DNA from: Bugula neritina
Taxonomy: Eukaryota; Animalia; Bryozoa
Assembly (NCBI GenBank): GCA_964035545.1
Contig: OZ037773.1
Span: 5,361,751 to 5,425,750 of the forward strand
Reading direction: 5' to 3'
Length of the DNA stretch: 64,000 nucleotides
Below, piece after piece: positions 13,255-25,200 of the stretch; positions within the stretch are counted from its first letter, which is position 1; each line of letters opens with the position of its first letter. A program made the position numbers and the translations under genes. The notes below the pieces were generated by a model. That model saw nothing but the letters and a program-made list of their open reading frames with translations, ran no database searches and was not told the origin of the DNA.

Positions 13255-16200
13255 ATGGCAAGTGCTTTAGCAGGCCCGTCATCCATGGACATTGACCATG
13301 CACAATATCAAAGGTACTTAAGATTTCAAGACATTTCTAGCAACTACCGGTCTTGGGTTTTATACACTTTTTAGTTTCTATATACAGATGTTAACTATGC
13401 CCTTATGTAATATCTTAACATGTATGTTTTCTGACCTTGGTAATACTATATTTTGCAGTAGATGCTGAATAATAACATTATTTTTTAAACTTTGATCATC
13501 TATAAAATAAGATTTTTAATCTTATTTTAACCTGACACATTAACTTGCTAACATCTAATTTTAGTATCTCATCCACTTCCTTTATGACTGATGATTTCAA
13601 TGAGAGACCCAAGTTTATTAATGCAGCTAGACTAAAGAAGCTCTACGGCTGTGCCATTTGTAATGATGTCGTTGTTCAGCCCCACCAAACCCCTTGTGGT
13701 AACAGGTAAATACTTTTTTTGGCTTTTCTTGCTACATATAATTTTATTGCTTCATACAGGTTTTTAAGTACATTTTGACAGTGCACAGGTAAGCTGTTGG
13801 GTTTTATCATTTCAAAACACAAGAAGTTTGGAATTACCCCATAAATATACTCTCTGAATCATAGCTAACTCTGTATTATGTTGTTAGATGTAACAATTAC
13901 TGTCAAAAAAAGAAAGCTTCTCTGTTCAACATCAGGAGGTCAAAGTTCACCATTGGTGTGTAGCTGGAGTGTATTTTGGTATTCGGTTAATTTCTACAGA
14001 GTATGTAAGAAATGCATTGAGGAAAAGTTTGGCAGCCTGTCTGTTATCAAATGCCCCCTCCCTCACGATGACATGGATGAGGAAGAGTTGAAAGAAGAAC
14101 AGTGTCAGCAAGAAGGCCTTGTCAGAGATGCTGTCGTACCAGATCCAGGAAGTCAGCGATTCCTTCTTAAAGAGAAATGTTTTTGTGAGAATCAAGAGTA
14201 CGGCTGTTGTGAGAATCCGCCATGGAAAAAGCTTAAAGTATGTTGAAATATTTTTCTTTAGAAACTCAAAGTACATTTTCTAGTTTGTTTTTCAGCGTTC
14301 TATTCTGAATAAGACCTTTAGCTAGCTTCTACTAGAAATGGTAGATATGTACATGAGATTAGTTTGTATGTTAATTTCAATATATATTTGTTGAGCTCAC
14401 AAATATATTGTAAACTACTTTGTTGAAGCATTTTCCAGTTACGCTTTTAGCTAGTCATGTTCCTAAGGCTTATATCGATATTAGTTATAAAAGGTTTTCT
14501 TATGTCCTTTATGCAGAGTAAAATGTACTTCATTCTAAAGAAGGAATTAAGCTCTCTTCTCTCCTATAGAAATGAGAAATCAATGTACACTTTCAGTCAT
14601 CTAATTATTAGTAAGCATCGTGTGATTACAGACTAGTTGTATGTCTATTATGTATACAATTATGTCTTTCAGCTAAGTGTTTCAAACCTTAATTCCAATA
14701 CAACGTATAATAAACATGCTTTTCATATGCTAGAAAATGATTGTAAAATGTATTCTGTGTTAGGAACATCAGGCCATTTGTGTCTTTGTACCTGACCGAT
14801 GTCCAAATCAAGGCTGTTACAAACTATTTGCCAAGAAAGACCTTCAACGTCACACAGCAGAGTGTGAATTTGGCATCGTGAAATGTAACTTCTGTCAACA
14901 ATCCTTCAAGCGGAAAGACATGGAGGTATGCATGATGAGTGCTGGGTGGAAACTAATCAAAATTTAATAATTAAAATATTTGTTGCTTATAGGAGAGTCT
15001 GTAATAGCAAGTTGTGTATACACGAATCATCTGTTGCTTTGTGACTTTCCAGCTGATTGGTTACATGGAACTGCCGTTGTAGTTGATTGATTACTTTTAT
15101 CTTTGTATAACAATACAAATATACCTACGTACTGCCTGGTCACATGATCAAAGAAACTGATTTGTAGGAACACCTGGGAGAGTGTGACTATGCTGACTCT
15201 GAGTGTACCATATGTGGCACCAAGTTTGAGAAAAGAAAACAGGTAACTTTACTAAATATTCAAATTAATAATCTTGTCTAACATTAATTTTGAAAGTTGC
15301 TCTGTAACTCACTATTTAGTATGTGTTAAGTTATGTGTGTTTAGTCATTAAGAATGTAAGTGTGGTGTGTGCATGCTTGTATGTGTATAACATATATAAT
15401 TTGTTGTTGTTTCAGAGTTTGACCCCGAATGATTTTTACATATAATAGTGTCTGTTACTTTCCTTATTGCAATCTTTTTGTCTTACAGCTTATAGTCCAC
15501 CAGAAGACTAACCCAGAATGTCTACGAACTCCTGGAAAGTGCTACTTCTTTGAATACTGTCACTTTGAATCTGACAAGCTGAATGAGCTGAAGGCTCATC
15601 TTAAAAGCACAACTAGCAAACATTTGGAGGCCCTCGCTGTCCGAGTTCATGAGCTGGAGAATGTCTCCACCAAGTCTAAAGATATGGTGAGTAGATGTGT
15701 TAATGACCTTGACATCAGTAAGAGTCTTGGTGAATAACCTTATGAGCTGTCATGAATGTTGCTATTTGTGAGCGGCTGGAATGTCAATACTGTAACTATT
15801 TATCTGGGAAATACTGTAAACATACTTTCCACAAAATGTGGCTGAAATACCTCGGCTATCAGCTCTTATACCAGCTAGGTGCATGACATCGAGGTGTGCT
15901 AGCATTTCTGTAGGTATGCATTATATTTTGCGGAGTAATTATTATATATTAATTTTTCTCCACCCTCTATAATGACTCGTACTTACAGGCTCACTGACAC
16001 CTTATTGCAGGTGGGCTTATAGGTGAGTGTATTTTGCTGAGGCTAGTGATATTATCATGTTATAGTGTCTAACTTTTCTACAATGATTCATAAACTCATA
16101 CATCTCTCGTTGCAAGTATGCCTACTCACTGAACACTCATTACTATCACATTGTATCATCTCATCATTGCAGGCAGGTTTTGGTGTGATATCTCTCAAAG

Positions 16201-19200
16201 TATCATTGCATCCTGGTTAAGAATGTATAATAGTATATATAATACATAATAGGTATATAATTGACCTGTTTCTAGTACACCAATGACGTGAAGAAAGCCG
16301 TAAACTCAAAAGTAAAGCCGCTAGAGGTCAGTTTCTACGTTCTTATTGTAGCCATGTCTGTGGTACCAGCTGGTCTTTATTTGTCACTCTGGTAGTATCA
16401 GTCTGTTATATAAATGCTGTTATTGCACAGGATGCTTAGTAAAAGCCCTCATGCTTGTACACACTTGCTGGCTAGTGTCGTTCTTGTCTATAGTTGAAGT
16501 GTCGTGAATTACAACAGCAAACTTTTTAAACACGAGAAATTTTAATTTTTTATTGAAAACTAATCATGTGTCTTTTCATTTTAGTTCACAGGCCTGTTGA
16601 AAATTGTTTTGTTTCTTTTTTTGCAACTTTTGTAATATGCCCACTGATTTAACCATGTAATGTAATATAGTGTATTGTATTGAACTGTCTGTAGAAAGTG
16701 ACAGCTGAAATAGCCATGTATTGCATTGTATTGTACTGCCTGTAGAAAGTGACAGCTGAAATAGTCATGCATTGTATTGTGCTGTCTGTAGAAAGTGACA
16801 GCTGAAATAGCCATGAAGGTAAAAAGACTGACAGACAAAGTCACTCAATCAGAGACAAGTGGTGAACACCTGGTGAATGCCATGAGAACTGTCTCTCACA
16901 GCTCTCAGCAAATTGAAACTGTTCAAAGTAAAGTTGCTGTAATTGAAAGACAAATCAAGGACTCTGGACTCGGTAAGTGTACTATTAAGACTCTGCTCAT
17001 CTCAAGTTACTGGAGATTCACATGCTCTCGGGCTGGGAGTTATGCTGACCTCAACAATGAAACTCTCACGTTACTGTCTCTAGTTTTTGTTGAAACTGCT
17101 ATTGATGCTTATTGAGATTGTAACACAACACACACGTTGCATGTTGTTATATGACACTGTTTAGTAGAACCTGGTTAAAAGTACATAGTCAACTTTCAAG
17201 ATGGATCCGACTGGATTATTTCAAAATATTTATTTGATTGTGAAATTTTGAAGAAGTTGTGTCAAGTTTTAAGGATCCTGATGTAGCCATTGTATTATTC
17301 TGGAATAAGCAGAAAATGATGACTTCTGGATTGTTTCTGAGCAGTTTATAGTTTTAAGAGAGGTTAAAAGATAGCAAGACCATAATGGACATAGCATATA
17401 CTATAAAAGAATTTATCCACCTGGCTTGATGTAGACCATATTTTTTCTGGTATAAATGAAGAGTTATGGTTCTTGATTTGCTTCTGGACTGTGGCATCTC
17501 TGTGTATAGTTTGAAACTGGTGAAAGATACCCTGACCGATGCAGCTATAGTGATGGTAGGTCTGTTGTCTTCAATTAGCCACCATATACTGCGTATGTTT
17601 CAGATCGAGTGACGGTCATCGACTCTCATTCACAGAACATCAGGCGACACACAGATTCAATTGGCGAACTGGACAAGCGTGTGAAGGTTTGTCTTCTCTT
17701 TATGAACCTTTCTATCATATACGTGGAAAATACGTTAAACGGTCGATGAACTGAAATCGAAACTCGTCTGGATTGCAATAGGAGAAACGCAGATTCACCA
17801 AACATATACGTCCAGCCAATATAGTTTGCTAATTGGTAAATGCTGCTTAATTTTTTATTCATTGTTTAGTGATCTTTCAAAAGACAGAGCATGTGGCGTA
17901 GCTCCAATATACAACCATTGTTTACTTGAAGGCAATTTCCGGCATTTTCTCTGCTCGGTGGAACATGGCGGTACAGGTACAGGTTCGGTCTCGAGTTACT
18001 CAAGTGGCAAAATTACACTCAATTTTTTTGTCTAAATTAAGTTTTTAGTCTCTTTCTAGAATCCAAGATAACAATTGTGCGCATTCATACAGCTACAGTT
18101 AAATTAAAACTCAACCGTGGGAACTTCTGGTTTGACTCTAATTGGTGTTTTCGGAAGAACTTTTTCAATTAAAAATGGAATGCATGTAACCTCTGTGTTG
18201 TTGAAGTAGGAAATATCCAGCTTTAACTTATAATGGCTGGCTATACTAAACATGTAACATAAATAACAGATATTACATCAGTTGCCAATCAGGAAGCAAA
18301 GCATCACTAATGTAGTATGAAGCTAAATGAAACTTCATGCTGGTTCATAGCCAGCTTCAGATCCTAAAACCTTGAAAAGTTCCAAAATTGCAGTTTTGTT
18401 TTATGTTTGTGCATTGCAACAGTTGATATGCTCTCAGATGTTAAATTTAGTTCACAAAGCATTACATAGAGTTATCAGTATAACATAACACAGGATTATG
18501 GGGCACTGATATCTCATCCCCAGCCACTCCCCCCAGTCACTCCCCATTGACATATTTATACTAATTTCCTGTGCCAACTCAAACTGATAATTTTACTATG
18601 TGTACAGAAAGCAAACGTTCCAGATGGCTGCTTACATTGATATAGCTGTCTACAACTCGACATTTTTGGAGAGCATAGTGTAGAATTCAGTGCAATGTAA
18701 ACATAAAATGAATAGCATAGTGTACTTGATAAGGATTTCAAATTGCATTTGCTCAATAGAGGGGTTTCAGACATCCCTCCAGAGGAATTTGTATTTTAAA
18801 GTTTTCTCCCCCTACAGGTATTGGGGGCAGTCTCCATGATATATAGAAGGCCCATAAAATAAGTAGAGATGTAAGGTTTGAGTGAAGACTACTACTAGTA
18901 TATGTTTCATTTTTTCTGAGATTAATATTTTGGCATAGGTACACATATGAGCAGTTTCAGAAATTTTTTAAAAAATTTTGTTAATGATAAATGGCACAAA
19001 AAGAAAACTTCAAAGCATATTTGTGGTTTTGGTTATTGAGCAAATCTGAAGCTGGCAGCTGTCATTATTATTTGCTTTGCTGACTGTAACCAGTCTGGTT
19101 AGAGCTGCTAACCTTTCAACTCTTAGAACAATAATAACATGCTCGTACACTATATAGCTGCACTAGTGGGCTCTGTCTTACTGAACTCCAAATGCTCCAA

Positions 19201-22200
19201 ATTATGGGTTGGAACACATGCCTGTACGTTTATGAAGGCACTGGCTCATTTGTATTAACATGTTCACGTACTTACACACCTATAGTATGAAAATAACTAA
19301 GCCACCCTACTATCTAATATTTCTATATATCAAAAAAATTATTATAAATATAAAGATATATATTAAAATAGATAGATTAAGTTTGTAATTTCAAACAACA
19401 TCTTATCTAAAAATGCCAAACACTGTATAACTATATATATTTTTTAAAAGCATTTGTTTACATGGCATGCCTGCAAGTCAATGAAAATATTTAGAGAACA
19501 GTAAAAAGAAGCATATAAATTTCAGAATAGTTTCTTCTTTTCTGAGATGAATAATTTGGAAATGTCCCACAATTCAACATTTAAATTAAGTCTGTAAAAG
19601 AATTTTTCACAGTGTATTTTCAATGAGTAATTATTCTTGCAAGCTGGTTTGTGTTTGTTCTAGCATGCCATTTTACAGTGGTCTAGTTAACTAGGTCAAA
19701 GTTCATTGAGGTGGAATTGTTTTATTAACCTCCTTGTGTTGATAAAATACTATCATTGGATTTAGAGCTTCTCTAAGCAACTTCACAGTCTGATTAAATA
19801 TCTGCGATACCTGCCTATTAGACAATCCAAACCTAAAAAATAATATACTAAATCTTTGTATTACATGTATGGATGAAAAATAATGCAACAAATTGGCTAA
19901 AGCATGTTCAAGTAATGTGAAAAACTCAAAATATAAATGAGTCAAACTAGAGCTAGTCAAGTGTGTGGTGTTTTTGGCCGATTTATATGTGTTGTTTAAT
20001 CAGCTTATTATGTAGTGATGTAATCCTATATAATGTAATTTAAGTTAGACAGCTAAAGTTGGACAGTTCTCATCGTGCACTTTCTTGAATAAGCAGTTAT
20101 GTATTATAGAGAGACAGCTACTCAACAGAGCCTTCAAGCAAACAAAATTCTTGCAACGAGGTTGATTGAATACAAAACAGCTGCTATTATTCTTATAGCA
20201 GCATGCATTGTATAAGAGATAGCCTGATGGTTCACATAGTTTACATACAGTGACATACCACTGAAAATTATTAGAAACCACAGAAAAGATATAAAGGAGA
20301 GAATGCTGGCACAAAGGAAGTATAGCAATGCCGTCAAATATATGGCTGAAAACTGACCTAGAGATAAATAAGTACAAAATGTACATAATATAGCTAAATC
20401 AGTAAAGCCAAATGATTTGATATAAAAAGTATTATCTGGGAATTTAGTGAAACTTTGTAGCATTATTTAGAACTCCACCTTTGAGCAAGATCCGTATGGA
20501 GTAAAGCCAATCTTAATTTTATTAGTGTCATAAGAATGCAGTCATTATGACATAGTTCGTTCTTTCTATACTTTACAGCTGGTACTAAATGTACATTTCA
20601 ACTTTTTTTTTTGCAAACAAAATAAGTTGCTTTGGCTGAAAAGTGCTTTTTTTTGATGATTTTTTTTCTGCAATGCAGCAGTATACAATTTACAATGCTC
20701 CAAAAACATTTCTTTATTAGGAATGTTGGTATACAAGCAGCTTGCAAGAATAGTTATTTATTGAAAATACACTGTGAATATTTTTTACAGACCTAATTTA
20801 AATGTTGAATGGTGGGACATTTCCAAAATATTCATCTCAGAAAAGAAGAAACTATTCTGAAATTTATATGCTTCTTTTTACTGTTCTCTAAATATTTTCA
20901 TTGACTTGCAGGCATGCCATGTAAACAAATGCTTTTAAAAAATATATATAGTTATACAGTGTTTGGCATTTTTAGATAAGGTGTTGTTTGAAATTACAAA
21001 CTTATAATCTATCTATTTTAATACACATCTTTATATTTATAATAATTTTTTTGATATATAGAAATATTAGATAGTAGGGTGGCTTAGTTATTTTCATACT
21101 ATAGGTGTGTAAGTACGTGAACATGTTAATACAAATGAGCCAGTGCCTTCATAAACGTACAGGCATGTGTTTCAACCCATAATTTGGAGCATTTGGAGTT
21201 CAGTAAGACAGAGCCCACTAGTGCAGCTATATAGTGTACGAGCATGTTATTATTGTTCTAAGAGTTGAAAGGTTAGCAGCTCTAACCAGACTGGTTACAG
21301 TCAGCAAAGCAAATAATAATGACAGCTGCCAGCTTCAGATTTGCTCAATAACCAAAACCACAAATATGCTTTGAAGTTTTCTTTTTGTGCCATTTATCAT
21401 TAACAAAATTTTTTAAAAAATTTCTGAAACTGCTCATATGTGTATCTATGCCAAAATATTAATCTCAGAAAAAATGAAACATATACTAGTAGTAGTCTTC
21501 ACTCAAACCTTACATCTCTACTTATTTTATGGGCCTTCTATATATCATGGAGACTGCCCCCAATACCTTTAGGGGGAGAAAACTTTAAAATACAAATTCC
21601 TCTGGAGGGATGTCTGAAACCCCTCTATTAATCATACAAACAGAGGTGTATCCCCTTGAGGACTTGAGTGTATGGTGGTCATTGGCATAAGTTTGCATCA
21701 CCATTGCTATGGATTTAACAAGTCAATTTTTGTTTTACCCCCTTATTGATTCTTTTTTTAAATATACCCTGTTAAGGTTGCAAGGTACAAAATCACAATG
21801 AGTTTTAGCAAGCAGATGCAGATAAATTGTTTCATCGTATCAATTATGAATATATAGAGATTCTCGTTTCCATAAATATGATTTAACTTGTATAGAATAA
21901 AAAACTTTATAATTTCAGCCAGCAAAATAATTTTTAATGCTGGATTCCATTATTCACCTAACAACTTATATAATCATCTGCTACACCTTTATTTATGTTA
22001 GAAGTTTAAGTAGATTTGCCATGCATGTGTTCAAATAACTCAGAAATGCTTTATATTGTTGCTATAAATGCAGGTTTGCTCTCAACTCTCAGCAGTTAGA
22101 ACAGCTGTTGACTGATTTTTACAAGACTCTAAGTAGATTCATTCAAAGTCTATAATAGATTATATATGCACAATACAGTCAATATTCAATATTGTTGCTT

Positions 22201-25200
22201 TTTAGGTTATTTTTCACATTTCTGGATTAAACCGTGGTTGAGTGAATATAGACCGGAATTTCAAATAATTTATAAGTAATTTACTTACAATGCGGTCCTA
22301 CTTATTGAGTTATATAAGTATCATAAGTATACTTATTAATTCATTGGTTAAAAAGTATTTGGCCTCCAGTGTATCTTGTGGAACTCTACAACTCCCTCCG
22401 CTTGGCTATACTTTGCACCAATGTTTAGTATTTTATATTACTGAGTAGCATTCTTTTGGTACCTAGTACTCAGCAATTGGTAATTTTATTGGTTCCAATA
22501 CACTATCTATTTTATACATTAACTTATTCGATCATCACACGATCTGAGTAGCATTTGCACATGGCCTATTTCCGATCTGAGTAGCATTTGCACATGGCCT
22601 ATTTCCGATCTTTTGTGGTACATAGTACAATAAGTCTTTAATGAGTTTAAAATAGCTGGTAAGTTAATTTATATTGAATAATTCTATACTCTGTAACTAC
22701 ACTTGGTAACTCTATACTCAGTTACTCTGTAACTCTATACTCAGTTACGCTGTAACTCTATACTCAGTTACTCTGTAACTCTATACTCAGTTACTCTGTA
22801 ACTCTATACTCAGTTACTCTGTAACTCTATACTCAGTTACGCTGTAACTCTATACTCAGTTACTCTGTAACTCTATACTCAGTTACTCTGTAACTCTATA
22901 CTCAGTTACTCTGTAACTCTATACTCAGTTACTCTGTAACTGCGCTTAGTAACTCTATACTCAATAACTCTATATTCAGTTACTCTTTAATTACACTTAG
23001 TAACTCTATACTCAGTAACTCTATATTCAGTTACTCTTTAATTACACTTAGTAACTTTATGCTCAGTAACTCTATATTCAGTTACTCTTTAATTACACTT
23101 AATAACTCTATACTCAGTAACTCTATATTCAGTTACTCTGCAATTACACTTAGTAACTCTAAACTTAGTAACTCTATGCTCAGTAACTCTATATCCAGTT
23201 ACTCTGCAACTGCACTTAGTAACTCTATATTCAGTAACTCTATATTCAGTTACTCTTTAATTACACTTAATAACTCTATACTCTATTACTACTAATAATA
23301 TCTTCATAATTCCAGTAATAGGTAGTGACTATAATGATGATGGTAAGAAGATAGGAATATCATATATAGCATCACTGGTAGGCCATGGAAAAGAAAGGTA
23401 TTGTTATTATAATGATTTTTATTTATTATAGTTTTTTATAAAATACGTTATTTAAAATTAATAACAATTTGTGTTGTTTATAATTGTTTTTATTGAGATA
23501 AAAATATTAGTTGATAACGACAATGTATTTTTTAAAAGAAAATTAAAAGTAACTTAGTAGCTGGTACTAATGATGATAAAACTATAATACTAATGCTGAA
23601 AATAATGATGACTTCTAGTTATGTTTGCATTATTCACCATTGGTAATAGAATAAAAAGTATATGTATATTAAAAATAAGAAAGGTAACAATGAGATGGTA
23701 ATACAGAGATAAGTATGATCAAGCTATACTACTATTCATATATAAATATGATTTATATAAGTCAAGGTGATATCTTGATACAATAAATATTCATAAGTAA
23801 CTTACCTTTATTGCAAGTTTGTATAATCATAGATGTTGTGTGTCACATAATTTAAAGTTTTCAATTTGATTGTTGAAATGTTAAATAACCATCCTTTAGT
23901 CAGTTATTTAATATAGAAAGTAATTGTCAAATACCAAATATTAAAATGATAATGTTTAGTTAGCTGCATGCTACAAATATGGTATGAAGGAAATCATAAA
24001 ACAATACTTTTGGAGAGTTGCTTTTATAAGGCAAGAAGACTCGGTAAAACTGAAAAGAATAAAAATGTAAATCCACTTCGAACTTAGGATAATTAATGAT
24101 TATCAGATCAAGAATCAATTATATATAATTCATGTCAATAGTATACTAATATATTATTTTTTATATTGTTTTATAGTCTTTTAGTGCTTGTATATGTGGT
24201 ATACTTGATTTTAAATCATGTATCTATTGTTCATAGCATCCAGTTCTGTGCTGGCAGCTCTAATGACATGACATTGTAACAATGACACACGTGTTTTTAA
24301 AATGGCCAAAGCGGGCCCACAATTTTTGTGACAATCTGTGCTAAAAGTATACTTCTTAATGCTGATTCTTTTTTTGTAAAACCCCGCATATTTTTATATA
24401 GAAAATCAATATATGTAATTGTGTGAATTCATTTTCCGAATATGACATTCAATTAAAATACTTGATAATGAATATGGTATCTACTTATACTACTATTTGC
24501 TGTACTTCAGTATCCTATTGATATTTACATTGCATGTAAAAGTAGGCTATACTTTTAGCAGTAACATTTGTTTTTTAGAACCCATTCGAAGAAAGATGAA
24601 CTGAAAGAAATTTAGTAGGTGAACTTCCAATCCTGCTTGTTTTTCTGTTTTAAATAATGACATTGTAAGCAGCTGATCAACTTTTTATAAAGCAAATTTG
24701 GTATATTTGTTACTTCAGCTTGATTTGAACAGTAGTTGAATAAGTAGAAATTTTTTAAGCATGTTTATTTAGACTCTAACGCCTAATTTTATTCAGAGCT
24801 GAAAAACAACTTAAGGCACTTTATAGGGTTGGGGGTGGCTGGAAAAGTTAGTTGGATAAAGTTTTTATTGCTTGATAGGCTCAGTTCACCTTGCAATGTC
24901 AGCCTTTCATGCTAACAAAAAAATTAATTTATATATTTAATTTGTATTACCCATTTACTTTTTGTGTATGCAGCACTAAGCCCATTGCTTTCTATAATTA
25001 TAATGGGTGTTATCTCCGATTACAAGATTACAATGGCCAAGACACACCGTGGAGCATGATGTTTGCAGATGATCTGGTGTTATGTGATGAGAGTAGTGAC
25101 AACATAGAAGAAAGATTGGAAGACCGGCCTAAAAGTCAGCAGATCTAAAACTGAGTACCTGCCACCAAAAGAACGCAGTGATGGCATCAAATTAAAGGAA

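Noticed and set aside
18753-18944. Duplicated 63-aa ORF (also 21440-21631)
   Set aside because: Consequence of the inverted repeat arms; no protein-like features.
20480-20540. IGFTPYGSCS resembling a Harbinger DDE motif
   Set aside because: Lies upstream of the HTH fragment on the same strand, the wrong order, and is short; not used as evidence.
22700-23285. Regular repeat array that could be mistaken for CRISPR
   Set aside because: No unique spacers, eukaryotic context, no cas genes; plain minisatellite.
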